Positions 36,418 to 45,625 of a stretch of DNA of 64,000 bases are shown here, one piece after another. Positions within the stretch are counted from its first letter, which is position 1. Each line of letters starts with the position of its first letter. This stretch comes from Actinomycetota bacterium (GTDB taxonomy: Bacteria; Actinomycetota; Thermoleophilia; Gaiellales; Gaiellaceae): the NCBI GenBank assembly GCA_046731695.1, contig JBKPLR010000001.1:4442-68441 (forward strand), written 5' to 3'. A program made the position numbers and the translations under genes. Under the pieces are notes generated by a model. That model was not told the origin of the DNA and did not search any database. It was given only the letters and a program-made list of their open reading frames with translations.

Positions 36418-36422
36418 GCGGC

Positions 36423-37469
36423 GTGGGCCGGAAGCTCCTGTGGGCGTCGCTCGTCCTGGCCCCGGTCACGTTCCTGCTGCGGTACGTGTTCGACGTCGGC
36501 GACGTCGTCCTGTTCATCTTCTCGGCGGTTGCGCTGATCCCGCTCGCGTGGCTGATCGGTGAGGCAACTGAGCACGCGGGCGAGCACACCGGGCCGGGGA
36601 TCGGCGGCTTCCTGAACGCGAGCTTCGGAAATGCCCCGGAGCTGATCATCGCGCTGTTCGCCGTGAACGAGGCACTTCCGAACGTCGTGCGCGGATCGCT
36701 GATGGGCAGCGTCGTCTCGAACATCCTCCTCGTCCTCGGCGTTGCGCTCATGGTGGGCCCGGACGGCGCTCGGCTCGACCGCCTGTCGCTGCTGAGCCAG
36801 CTGGGACTGGTGCTCGTGGCGGTGCTGCTCTTCCTGATCCCATCGGTGCCCGGATGGCACGGCGATCCCGAGCGGCACTCGCTCGCGATCCTCACGATCC
36901 CGGTGGCGGTGGTCCTCCTCCTGGTGTACGCGGGCGAGACGACCCGAGGGCTGAGGCGCCACAAGCGGCTCCACGAGGAGAGCGGCGCGGAGGCTCAGGG
37001 AGGGTGGGCGCTCCCAACGGCCCTCGGCGTGCTCGCCGCGGCGACGGTGGTCACTGCGTTCGTCAGCGAGATCCTCGTCCACTCGCTTCACGAGTTCGCG
37101 AAGGTTGCGGGCCTTTCGGAGTTCTTCATCGCTGCTGTGATCGTGGCAATCGTCGGCAACGCGGCGGAGCACGGCGGCGCGGTCGTGATCGCCCGGCGAG
37201 GGAAGCTGCCACTGGCGACGGAGATCGCGGCGTCGTCGAGCGCGCAGGTGGCGTTGCTCGTGACTCCGGTGGTCGCATTGCTGTCGTGGCTCGTGAAGCC
37301 TGCGCTGCCGTTGACGTTCCGACCGATCGAGCTCGCGGCGATGGGCGGCTCGGCCCTGATCGTCGCGTTCGTTCTGCGCGACGGCCGGTCGCGGCGCTGG
37401 GAAGGAGCGTTGCTCGTCGGGCTCTACGCGGTCGCGGCGGTCGGCTTCCTGATCGCCGGCGACCGCTGA
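36423..37469 (+). CDS. cax: Ca2+/H+ antiporter (CaCA family)
   Basis: 348 aa, polytopic, with alpha-repeat motifs GNAPELIIA and GNAAEHG. Confidence 0.9.
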   Translation: MGRKLLWASLVLAPVTFLLRYVFDVGDVVLFIFSAVALIPLAWLIGEATEHAGEHTGPGIGGFLNASFGNAPELIIALFAVNEALPNVVRGSLMGSVVSNILLVLGVALMVGPDGARLDRLSLLSQLGLVLVAVLLFLIPSVPGWHGDPERHSLAILTIPVAVVLLLVYAGETTRGLRRHKRLHEESGAEAQGGWALPTALGVLAAATVVTAFVSEILVHSLHEFAKVAGLSEFFIAAVIVAIVGNAAEHGGAVVIARRGKLPLATEIAASSSAQVALLVTPVVALLSWLVKPALPLTFRPIELAAMGGSALIVAFVLRDGRSRRWEGALLVGLYAVAAVGFLIAGDR

Positions 37470-37486
37470 CGAACCGGCACGCTTTC

Positions 37487-37570
37487 GTCACGGTCTCGTG
37501 ACAGACACGTGCGCTTTTCCTGGTTACGCTCGCCTCGGGGAGGAGGCCGGGCGAACCATGTTCAGGGAGC
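37487..37570 (+). repeat. Conserved intergenic element, copy A
   Basis: GTCACGGTCTCGTGACAGACACGTGCGCTTTTCCTGGTTACGCTCGCCTCGGGGAGGAGGCCGGGCGAACCATGTTCAGGGAGC, between the convergent cax and serine hydrolase genes. Confidence 0.85.
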
Positions 37571-37578
37571 TGCGAGGC

Positions 37579-38907
37579 TCAGGGAGGCGGACCGAAGATC
37601 TCCGGCTCCCGCGTGAACGGGTACGTCGCCCAGTAGAGCTTCAAGACCTCCCCGTCCGCTCCTCGCATGACCCGGAGCACCTCGCCCTGCTCGCGCCCCG
37701 ACACCGTCCGGAACCGGTCTTCACCGTCCGGCTCGAACACCGATGGCTCCCGCTCCCGCGGGAGGTGCGCAAGACGCGCCTCGAGCCGCCCGCCCCGCCA
37801 GCTGAAAATCGTCTCGTGCCCCTCCGACCACCAGCGGCCGAGGAGCGGCACGACCTCGTCTGGCGGCGGTTCCTCGGGCGCCCATGGCTCTGGCGCCGGC
37901 GCAAGTTCCTCCAAAGCCGCCTCGACGAGCGTCAACCCGGTCTCGACTGCCTTCGGCCAGGTGCCCGAGTTCGTCAGGAGCACTGCGCCGATCTTCTCGC
38001 GCCTCGAGTAGACAAGCATGGAGAGGAACCCCGGGAAGCCGCCCGTATGCCCGCCGAAGATCCGGTCGCCGCGGCGCCAAAGCTCGATCCCGAGCCCCCA
38101 CCCGAGCGTCCAGTCGGGCTCCGCCATGATCTGGACGTCGTGCATCTCCGCCGCGAACTGCGCCGGTAGGATCGATTCGTCCGGATCGCACAGGAACGAG
38201 CCCCAGCGCGCCAGATCCTCGACGGTGCTGGAAAGGCCGGACTCGCCGCCCTTGCCCCCGAGCTCGAGCTCCGGCTCGCGCTGCACGGCGTCCGAGTAGG
38301 GCTCGACGAAGTACGGCTTCGCCGCCGGCTTGGCCGCCGAGCCCCAAGTCGTTCGGCCCAGCCGAAGCGGCTCGAGCAACCGGCTCTCGACGTACTCGCG
38401 GAATGCCGACCCGGACACGCGAGAGACGACGTGGCCGAGCAAGGCATACGCCAAGTTCGAGTAGTGCCAGGCCTGATCGCCGGCGAGGACCTGCTCCGAG
38501 TCGCCAAGGCCGGCCAGCAGCTCCTCCTCGCCGGGGAAGACGAGCGACTCCCATACCTCGCCCGGTGGTTCGCGCTGGAGCCCCGATGCGTGCGCGAGCA
38601 TCCGCCGCAGCGTCAGTGTCCCGTGCGAGACGTCCGGGAGATGCCGCTCCAGTGGGTCGTCAAGCTCGAGCTTCCCCTCGTTCCGCAGCCGCATGACGGA
38701 GGTCGCCGTGAACGTCTTGGTTATGGAGGCGATCGGGTACTGGGTGTCAGTCGTCGCCTCGCGTCGCTCTTCGACGTCTGCGAGGCCGATCGCCTCCGAC
38801 CACACGAGCTCGCCCGCACGAAAGACTCCCGCCGAGAGGCTCGGAAGCCGAGCTTCACGCTGGGCTTCACGGACGAGGTGCGCGAAGCGCTCCTCAGGCG
38901 TGGGCAA
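37579..38907 (-). CDS. Serine hydrolase, beta-lactamase/PBP4* (class C-like) family
   Basis: 442 aa, active-site SITK, YSN-like HYSNLAY, HTGG near the C-terminus of the catalytic domain. Confidence 0.85.
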   Translation of the reverse strand: MPTPEERFAHLVREAQREARLPSLSAGVFRAGELVWSEAIGLADVEERREATTDTQYPIASITKTFTATSVMRLRNEGKLELDDPLERHLPDVSHGTLTLRRMLAHASGLQREPPGEVWESLVFPGEEELLAGLGDSEQVLAGDQAWHYSNLAYALLGHVVSRVSGSAFREYVESRLLEPLRLGRTTWGSAAKPAAKPYFVEPYSDAVQREPELELGGKGGESGLSSTVEDLARWGSFLCDPDESILPAQFAAEMHDVQIMAEPDWTLGWGLGIELWRRGDRIFGGHTGGFPGFLSMLVYSRREKIGAVLLTNSGTWPKAVETGLTLVEAALEELAPAPEPWAPEEPPPDEVVPLLGRWWSEGHETIFSWRGGRLEARLAHLPREREPSVFEPDGEDRFRTVSGREQGEVLRVMRGADGEVLKLYWATYPFTREPEIFGPPP

Positions 38908-39940
38908 GGGCTCCTAGGGCGCGCGGGATCAATTCGATCGCGCCCTCGATGTCATCGTCGTCGACGTCGAGATGCGTGACCGCGCGAAGGCGGGTCGGAT
39001 AGGCCGTCATCGAGAGCCCGACTCCGTGCTCCTGCAACCGCTCGAGGGCCTCGTGCGGCGAGAGCCCCAGCGACGCAAGGTCGATCTGCACGAAGTTCGT
39101 CTCGACCTGCTCGAGATCGACGGGCACGCCCGCAACTTCGAGCCCTTCTGCTAAACGGCGCGCCCGCCGGTGGTCCTCGGCGAGCCGGTCGATGTTGTGC
39201 TCGAGGGCGTACACACCGGCCGCCGCGACGATTCCAGCCTGTCGCATCGCGCCGCCGAACAGGTGCTTGAAGCGGCGCGCGTTCTGCATCAGCTCGGCCG
39301 AGCCCGCGACGAGCGCCCCGAGCGGGCACCCGAGCCCCTTCGACAAACAGAGCGTCACGGTGTCGAAGTGCCCACCGATCTCTGCGGAGGAGACCTCTGA
39401 TGCGACCGCAGCGTTCATGACCCGCGCCCCGTCGAGATGGAGATTCAGTTCCAGCTCGCGCGCCGTGGCCGCGACCGCTTCGATCTCGGCGAGCGGCCAA
39501 ACGCGTCCGCCCGAGGCGTTGTGGGTGTTCTCGACGGAGACGATCCTGGTCGGCGGGACGTGGGTGCCGTCGGTCACGCGGACCGTGTCGCGCAGCTGGT
39601 CCGGGGAGAAGCGCCCGGCCTCGCAGCGCAGCGGCCTGATCATCAGCCCGGAATGAACTGCAGGACCGCCTAGCTCCGCCAGCAGGATGTGCGAGTTCTC
39701 CTCGGCCACGACCTCGTCGCCGGGGTCCCCGAGTGTCCGAAGGGCGATCTCATTCGCCATGGTCGCGGTCGGGACGAAGACCGCGGCCTCTTGGCCGAGC
39801 AACGCGGCAGCCTGCTCCTCGAGCCGGTTGACGGTCGGGTCCTCGCGCTTTTGCTCGTCCCCGACCTCCGCCGCGGCGATCGCCGCTCGCATCTCCCGGG
39901 TCGGCTTCGTCTGCGTGTCGGAACGAAGGTCGATCATCAC
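38894..39940 (-). CDS. ltaE: Low-specificity L-threonine aldolase
   Basis: 348 aa, IDLRSDT.TKPT..M..A...A.VGDE; PLP-fold beta-eliminating lyase family. Confidence 0.85.
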   Translation of the reverse strand: MMIDLRSDTQTKPTREMRAAIAAAEVGDEQKREDPTVNRLEEQAAALLGQEAAVFVPTATMANEIALRTLGDPGDEVVAEENSHILLAELGGPAVHSGLMIRPLRCEAGRFSPDQLRDTVRVTDGTHVPPTRIVSVENTHNASGGRVWPLAEIEAVAATARELELNLHLDGARVMNAAVASEVSSAEIGGHFDTVTLCLSKGLGCPLGALVAGSAELMQNARRFKHLFGGAMRQAGIVAAAGVYALEHNIDRLAEDHRRARRLAEGLEVAGVPVDLEQVETNFVQIDLASLGLSPHEALERLQEHGVGLSMTAYPTRLRAVTHLDVDDDDIEGAIELIPRALGALAHA

Positions 39941-41433
39941 GCGCCTTTCGGCGCCTCGACGCCGGCCGCGGCTGGCTCGGCGGCGAGGTCCGGGTGCTCC
40001 TCGAAGTGGTAGCGCACGATCGCGCGTTTCGCCGCCTTCACCTCGTCGAGGCGACCCACGGGTGTTCCGTGCGGCGCCTCTTTCAGCAGCTCCGGGTGCT
40101 CGTCCGCCTCGCGGGCGATCTCGAGCATCGCGTCGGCGAACGCGTCGAGCGTTTCCCTTGCCTCCGTCTCGGTTGGCTCGATCATCAGCGCCTCGGGCAC
40201 GATCAACGGGAAGTAGATCGTCGGCGGATGGAACCCGTAGTCCATGAGCCGCTTCGCCACGTCGAGCGCGGTGACGCCGTGCTCGCGCTTGAACCGTCGC
40301 GCTGAGAGCACGAACTCGTGCATGCAGAGCCGGTCGAACGGAAGCTCGTACGCCTCGCGCAGCCGCGCGAGCAGATAGTTGGCGTTCAGCACCGCAATCT
40401 CTGACATCTCGCGCAGGCGGGGCCCGTACGCGCGGATGAACGCGTATGACCGGACGAACACGCCGAACGGCCCGAAGAACCCGCGCACCTTCCCGATCGA
40501 CTTCGGGCGGTCGTAGTCGAGCCGGTATTCAACGCCGTCGCGCACGACCGCCGGCACCGGCAGGAAGGGCTCGAGCCGGCTCGCCACGGCGATCGGCCCG
40601 CCGCCGGGGCCGCCGCCTCCATGCGGCTGCGAGAACGTCTTGTGCAGGTTGATGTGGACGATGTCGAACCCCATGTCGCCCGGCCTCGAGATCCCGCACA
40701 CGGCGTTCAGGTTCGCGCCGTCGTAGTACATGAGCGCCCCGGCCTCGTGGAAGATCCGCGCGATCTCCTCGATGTTCTCGTCGAAGAGCCCGAGTGTCGA
40801 CGGGTTCGTGAGCATCAACCCGGCGGTGTGCTCGTCGACCTTTGCGCGCAGGTCGTCGACGTCGATGTTCCCCCGCCGGTCCGTCTGCACCGGTGTGAGC
40901 TCGTAGCCCGCCATCGTGACGCTCGCCGGGTTGGTCCCGTGCGCCGTGTCCGGAATCGCAATCTTGCGGCGCTGCCCGTTCTCGCCCCGCTCCGCGAAGT
41001 ACGCGCGCATCAGCAAGAGGCCGGTGAGCTCCCCCTGCGAGCCCGCCGCGGGCTGAAGCGAGACCGCATCGAGCCCGGTGATTTCCGCGAGCGTCTCCTG
41101 CAGCTCGTGGCAGAGTCTGAGTGCGCCCTGCGACTGGGCTTCGTCGTCCAGCGGATGGAGATCGCGGAACCCTGGGAGGGCTGCGAGGCGCTCGTTCACC
41201 CGCGGGTTGTGCTTCATCGTGCAGGAGCCGAGCGGGTAGAAGCCCGTGTCGATCCCGAAGTTCCGCGACGAGAGCTCGGTGAAGTGCCGCAGCAAGTCCG
41301 GTTCGGCGATCTCCGGGAGGCGAGGCCGCTCGCCGCGGCGCAGCTCATCCGGCACCTCCGGGACTGGGAGGTCCGGTTGCGGCGGCCGGCCTGCGCGCCT
41401 GCCCGGGGCTGACTTCTCGTAGACCAGCTTCAT
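39937..41433 (-). CDS. gcvPB: Glycine dehydrogenase (decarboxylating) subunit 2
   Basis: 498 aa, FYPLGSCTMKHNP, NLHKTFSQPHGGGGPG. Confidence 0.95.
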   Translation of the reverse strand: MKLVYEKSAPGRRAGRPPQPDLPVPEVPDELRRGERPRLPEIAEPDLLRHFTELSSRNFGIDTGFYPLGSCTMKHNPRVNERLAALPGFRDLHPLDDEAQSQGALRLCHELQETLAEITGLDAVSLQPAAGSQGELTGLLLMRAYFAERGENGQRRKIAIPDTAHGTNPASVTMAGYELTPVQTDRRGNIDVDDLRAKVDEHTAGLMLTNPSTLGLFDENIEEIARIFHEAGALMYYDGANLNAVCGISRPGDMGFDIVHINLHKTFSQPHGGGGPGGGPIAVASRLEPFLPVPAVVRDGVEYRLDYDRPKSIGKVRGFFGPFGVFVRSYAFIRAYGPRLREMSEIAVLNANYLLARLREAYELPFDRLCMHEFVLSARRFKREHGVTALDVAKRLMDYGFHPPTIYFPLIVPEALMIEPTETEARETLDAFADAMLEIAREADEHPELLKEAPHGTPVGRLDEVKAAKRAIVRYHFEEHPDLAAEPAAAGVEAPKGA

Positions 41434-42743
41434 CCGGAGAGCACCTCGGCCAGGCGGTCGATCTCGTCGACGGTGCGCCTCTCGGTGACGGCCACGAGCA
41501 GGACGTCGTCCATCTCCGAGTAGTCCCGGCCGAGGGGGTACCCGGGGTGGATCCCCTCCGCGAGCGCGTCCCGGACGACATCCCGGGCAGGCCGTCCGGC
41601 GCGTACGGCAAACTCCTTGAACGTTGTCTGATCTGAGAACAGCAGTTCAACGCCGATTCGTTCCTTCGCGTACCCGGCGAGGGCCATGCAGGTCTCCCCC
41701 AGCTCGCGCAACCCCTGCGGCCCGAGCCACGAGAGGTAGACGAGGCCCGCCAGTGCCAGGAGCGTTTGGTTCGTGGTGATGTTCGAGGTCGCCTTCTCGC
41801 GCCGGATGTGCTGCTCGCGCGTCTGCAGGGTGAGGACATAGCCGCGGTTGCCCGCGGCGTCAGTGGTCTCGCCGACGATTCGCCCCGGCATCCTCCGGAT
41901 GAACTCGGAGCGCGCGGCCAGGAAGCCGTAGTGCGGCCCGCCGTAGGAAAGGTAGTTCCCCGCCGATTGCCCTTCTCCAATGGCGATCGCGCACCCGTAG
42001 TGACCGGGCGCCTCGAGCACTCCGAGGGAGACGGGATCGACGTGGGCTACGGGTAGCGCTTCCGCATCGGCTGCGGCCGCGGCTAGATCGGGCGCGGGCT
42101 CCAGGACACCGAAGAAGTTCGGATGCTGGAAGATGACGCATGCCGCGTCCTCGGCAGCTGCTCGGAGCTCGTCCGGGTCTGTCGCTCCGGCGCGGTGTTG
42201 CACCTCGACGACTTCGAGGCCGAAGCCGGGCGCGTACGTCTTCACGACCTGCCGGACCTGAGGGCTCGTCGCTTCCGTGACGACGACCTTCGAACGACCC
42301 GTTGCGTGCTTCGCGATGTAGCACGCGTCAGCAGCGACGGTGGTCCCGTCGTACCCCGACGCGTTCGAGACGTCCATTCCAGTGAGCTCGCAGATCGCGG
42401 TCTGGTACTCGAAGATCGCCTGGAGGACGCCCTGGCTCAGCTCCGGCTGGTACGGCGTGTAGGAGGTGAGAAGCTCTCCACGCTGGAGCACGGCGTCGAC
42501 GATTGCCGGCACGTAGTGGTCGTAGAGCCCGGCGCCGAGGAACGAGACGGGCGCGGCGTTCGCGGCCGCGAGCTCCTCGAAGTACGCCGTGAGCTCCTGC
42601 TCGCCGAGCGCCGGCGGGAGTTCGAGCTCACGGCCGAGCCGGACGCCGTCCGGCAAATCGGCGAACAGTTCGTCGATTGAGTCGACCCCGATCGTCTCGA
42701 GCATCGCGTCGCGGTCTGCGTCTGTCAGCGAGAGGTAGGTCAC
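41430..42743 (-). CDS. gcvPA: Glycine dehydrogenase (decarboxylating) subunit 1
   Basis: Conserved part of ORF 41430..42833 from GTG 42741-42743 (VTYLSLTDADRDAMLETIGV...). GTGA overlap with the gcvH stop. Confidence 0.9.
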   Translation of the reverse strand: MTYLSLTDADRDAMLETIGVDSIDELFADLPDGVRLGRELELPPALGEQELTAYFEELAAANAAPVSFLGAGLYDHYVPAIVDAVLQRGELLTSYTPYQPELSQGVLQAIFEYQTAICELTGMDVSNASGYDGTTVAADACYIAKHATGRSKVVVTEATSPQVRQVVKTYAPGFGLEVVEVQHRAGATDPDELRAAAEDAACVIFQHPNFFGVLEPAPDLAAAAADAEALPVAHVDPVSLGVLEAPGHYGCAIAIGEGQSAGNYLSYGGPHYGFLAARSEFIRRMPGRIVGETTDAAGNRGYVLTLQTREQHIRREKATSNITTNQTLLALAGLVYLSWLGPQGLRELGETCMALAGYAKERIGVELLFSDQTTFKEFAVRAGRPARDVVRDALAEGIHPGYPLGRDYSEMDDVLLVAVTERRTVDEIDRLAEVLSG

Positions 42744-43138
42744 GCCTGCTCGTCGAGGTGGCGCCGGTACGCCTCGACGTCGAGCAGCGCGTCGACCTCC
42801 GACGGATCGGTGAGGCGGACACGGACGAGCCACCCGTCGCCATACGGATCCTCGTTCACGGTCTCGGGTGCGTCGACGATCGCCTGGTTGATCTCCACGA
42901 TCTCGCCGGAGAGCGGAGCGATCACGTTCGAGACGGCCTTCACGGACTCGACCTCGGCGTAGGACTCGTCCCGTGTCACGGTCACTCCCTCTTGGGGCGG
43001 CTCGAAATGAACGAGCTCGCCCAGGGCGTCTTGCGCGAACCAGGTGATGCCGAAGACGGCTTCATCCCCGTCGATGCGGGCCCAGTCGTGCTCGGGGTGG
43101 TACCGCAGATCGTCCGGGTAGCTCTCAGCTCCCGCCAT
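42740..43138 (-). CDS. gcvH: Glycine cleavage system H protein
   Basis: From Met13 of ORF 42740..43174. Lipoyl-lysine motif EVESVKAVS. Confidence 0.9.
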   Translation of the reverse strand: MAGAESYPDDLRYHPEHDWARIDGDEAVFGITWFAQDALGELVHFEPPQEGVTVTRDESYAEVESVKAVSNVIAPLSGEIVEINQAIVDAPETVNEDPYGDGWLVRVRLTDPSEVDALLDVEAYRRHLDEQA

Positions 43139-44198
43139 TCCGCTCCTTCGAGTAGATCGGCTTCTTGACCACACGCGCGCCGCGTTGCCGGCTGCGGATG
43201 TCGATGGTCAACTCCCGTCCAGGCTCGGCCAGCTCCGCGCCCACGTAGCCAAGCCCGATCCCCCGCTCGAGCATCGGTGAATGCGAGCCCGACGTCACCG
43301 TCCCAACGGCCGAATCGCCGTCCTGAATCGTCATCCCCTGGCGGGGGATACCGGGCTCCTCCATGACGAACGCGGCCAAGCGCTGCTCGGGCCCTTCGTC
43401 CTTGATTCTGCGCAGCTCATCCGAGCCGGTGAAGTCCTTGTCGAGCGAGCAGACCCAGCCGAGCCCCGCGGAGATCGCGTCGGTGTCCGGGCCGATGTCG
43501 TTTCCGTGGAGCGGATAACAGACCTCGAGCCGGAGCGTGTCCCGGGCGCCGAGCCCACACGGCACAGCCCCGCGCTGGAGGACGCGATCCCAGAGCTCGC
43601 CGCCCGCATCGGCGGCTACGAGCAGCTCGACCCCGAGCTCACCTGTGTAGCCCGTCCGGTTGACGGTGCAGCGAACGCCGTCGATCTCCCCGTCGGCAAA
43701 TGTGAACGCCGGCGCATCGGGAAGGCCGAGACGCTCGATCGACCGCGCGCCCTGGACGGCGAGCAGCACGTAGTCGTCCGAGACGTCACGCACCGCGGCG
43801 CCGTCCGGCTCGCGATCGTGCAGCCAGGAGCGAACTGCCTCGCGGTTCGATGCATTGACGATCAGGAGGAACCGCTCGGCGTTGCGCACGTACACGATGA
43901 GGTCGTCGACGATCCCGCCCTGCTCGTTCGTGAGCAGCGTGTACTGGGCCTTGCCCGGGCCGACACGGTCGAGGTCATTCGAGAGGACCGACTGCAGGAA
44001 CTCCCGCGACCGCGGCCCCTCCACCTCGAGCTCCCCCATGTGCGAGACGTCGAAAACCCCACAGTCGCTGCGCACCGCCAAGTGCTCCGGGATGACGCCC
44101 TCGTACTGCACGGGCATCTCCCACCCGGCGAAGGGGACGAGCCGCGCATCGAGCGCGACGTGCCGGTCGTAGAGCGGCGTTCGGAGCAGTGTCTGCAT
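43125..44198 (-). CDS. gcvT: Aminomethyltransferase (glycine cleavage T protein)
   Basis: 357 aa, TPLYDRHVALDARLVPFAGWEMPVQY...FDVSHMG. Confidence 0.95.
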   Translation of the reverse strand: MQTLLRTPLYDRHVALDARLVPFAGWEMPVQYEGVIPEHLAVRSDCGVFDVSHMGELEVEGPRSREFLQSVLSNDLDRVGPGKAQYTLLTNEQGGIVDDLIVYVRNAERFLLIVNASNREAVRSWLHDREPDGAAVRDVSDDYVLLAVQGARSIERLGLPDAPAFTFADGEIDGVRCTVNRTGYTGELGVELLVAADAGGELWDRVLQRGAVPCGLGARDTLRLEVCYPLHGNDIGPDTDAISAGLGWVCSLDKDFTGSDELRRIKDEGPEQRLAAFVMEEPGIPRQGMTIQDGDSAVGTVTSGSHSPMLERGIGLGYVGAELAEPGRELTIDIRSRQRGARVVKKPIYSKERNGGS

Positions 44199-44207
44199 CG
44201 GCCGCTG

Positions 44208-44213
44208 ATGCTA
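44208..44213 (-). promoter_or_regulatory. -10-like TAGCAT, 9 nt upstream of the gcvT ATG
   Basis: Minus strand reads TAGCAT-cagcggccg-ATG. Confidence 0.35.
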
Positions 44214-44253
44214 AAGGCGCGAGACTTGCCCGCGCGGCTCTACTGAGAGAGGC

Positions 44254-44303
44254 CCAAAAAGGAGCCGCCCCGGCTTCGGCTTTGAGGCCGAGGCCGGGGC
44301 GGC
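44254..44303 (-). terminator. Intrinsic terminator downstream of ftsZ (end of the dcw transcription unit)
   Basis: Minus strand: GCCGCCCCGGCCUCGGCCUCAAAGCCGAAGCCGGGGCGGC (about 18-bp stem) followed by UCCUUUUUGGG. Confidence 0.75.
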
Positions 44304-44425
44304 CGGACCGGGTCATCGCGGGCCGACCCTAGCGGTCGACCCGAGAGGGCAATGGGAATCTTTACCAGGTGCGCACGGGCTTAAACCTGTTCAACCACAC
44401 CTTTTTCGAGCTCCGCGAAAACGGC

Positions 44426-45520
44426 TCAGGCGTCGCGGAGAAACGAAGGCACCTCGAGGATCTCCTCCGGTACCTCGAATCGCTCTGCGGGAACCTCGCG
44501 CCCGCCCTCCTGCTGCTCCTGCGGCGCCTCCGCCGGCTCCTCTACGCGGCGCCGTCGGCGCAGCCTCGCCGGGCCGAAGCCGGTGGCGATCACCGTTACG
44601 CGGATCTCGTCGGCGAGCGAGTCGTCGATGACCGCGCCGAAGATCACGTTCGCGTTCTGGTCGGCTGCCGACGTCACGACCTCGGCGGCCTCGTTCACCT
44701 CGAACAGCCCGATGTTCGGTCCGCCGGTCACGTTCAGGAGAATCCCGGTCGCGCCCTCGATCGACGACTCGAGAAGCGGAGACGAGACCGCCTGCCGAGC
44801 TGCCTCGGTCGCGCGGTTCTCGCCGGAGGCCGCGCCGATCCCCATCAGGGCCGACCCCGCCTCGTTCATGATCGTCCGCACGTCGGCGAAGTCGAGGTTG
44901 ACGAGCCCGGGGATCGTGATCAGATCTGTGATCCCCTGCACCCCCTGGCGAAGGACGTCGTCCGCCATCTTGAACGCGTCGATGATCGATGTCCTCTTCT
45001 CGACCACCTGCAGGAGCCGGTCGTTCTCGATCACGATCAGCGTGTCGACGTGATCGCGAAGGTCCTCGACGCCGAGTGACGCGACCTCGGCCCGGCGACG
45101 GCCCTCGAACGAGAACGGTCGCGTGACGACGCCGACACACAGCGCGCCGAGCTCTTGGGCAAGCCGCGCGACCGTCGGCGCGGCGCCTGTGCCCGTGCCG
45201 CCGCCCTCGCCGGCAGTGACGAAGATCATGTCGGCGCCCTTCAGCGCCTCTTTCAGCTCGTCGCGGCTCTCCTCCGCGGCGGCCTTCCCAATCCCCGGGT
45301 CAGCGCCCGCGCCGAGCCCTCTCGTGACATCGGCGCCGATCGGCATCTTCACGTCGGCGTCGCACATCAAGAGCGCCTGGGCATCGGTGTTGATCGCGAT
45401 GAACTCGACGCCGGTCAGCCCTGCGTCGACCATCCGGTTGACGGCGTTGGATCCGCCACCGCCCACCCCGACGACCTTGATCAGGGCCAGGTAGTTCCCC
45501 GCTTGATCTCTCATGCTCAA
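44426..45520 (-). CDS. ftsZ: Cell division GTPase FtsZ
   Basis: 364 aa, [13 protein letters not shown], tubulin signature [10 protein letters not shown]. Confidence 0.97.
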   Translation of the reverse strand: MSMRDQAGNYLALIKVVGVGGGGSNAVNRMVDAGLTGVEFIAINTDAQALLMCDADVKMPIGADVTRGLGAGADPGIGKAAAEESRDELKEALKGADMIFVTAGEGGGTGTGAAPTVARLAQELGALCVGVVTRPFSFEGRRRAEVASLGVEDLRDHVDTLIVIENDRLLQVVEKRTSIIDAFKMADDVLRQGVQGITDLITIPGLVNLDFADVRTIMNEAGSALMGIGAASGENRATEAARQAVSSPLLESSIEGATGILLNVTGGPNIGLFEVNEAAEVVTSAADQNANVIFGAVIDDSLADEIRVTVIATGFGPARLRRRRRVEEPAEAPQEQQEGGREVPAERFEVPEEILEVPSFLRDA

Positions 45521-45568
45521 CTCGCCTCGACCTGAACCTCTACTGGAAGGCTACCTTCCAAGTCGGGC

Positions 45569-45597
45569 AGCGTACGCTGCTTCGACGTGCCTGTCAA
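45569..45597 (-). promoter_or_regulatory. Sigma-70-type promoter for ftsZ (TTGACA-N17-TACGCT)
   Basis: Read on the minus strand in the ftsQ-ftsZ spacer, followed by a 6-bp hairpin GGAAGG-UAG-CCUUCC (45545..45559) in the putative 5' UTR. Confidence 0.45.
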
Positions 45598-45625
45598 CGA
45601 GGAGATGCAGGCAAAACTCTAAGGC

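Noticed and set aside
37498-38169. Long plus-strand ORFs starting inside repeat copies A and B (37498..38169, 223 aa; 56398..57204, 268 aa).
   Set aside because: They run antisense through well-supported genes (the serine hydrolase and ftsI). They are Arg/Pro/Gly-rich GC shadows. They share similarity only over the first 25 or so codons, which correspond to the repeat itself.
44341-44352. Glycine riboswitch upstream of gcvT: the plus-strand CCGAGAGGGCAA resembles the CCGAAGGGGCAA aptamer core.
   Set aside because: It is on the wrong strand for gcvT. It also lies on the ftsZ side of the strong terminator (44254-44303). I could not find the partner GGAGAG and CUCAGGCA..GGAC motifs on either strand. 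Only 55 nt remain between the terminator and the gcvT ATG.
44369-45079. Plus-strand ORF of 236 aa downstream of the riboswitch-like string.
   Set aside because: It lies entirely antisense to ftsZ and has low-complexity Arg/Leu/Pro-rich composition.
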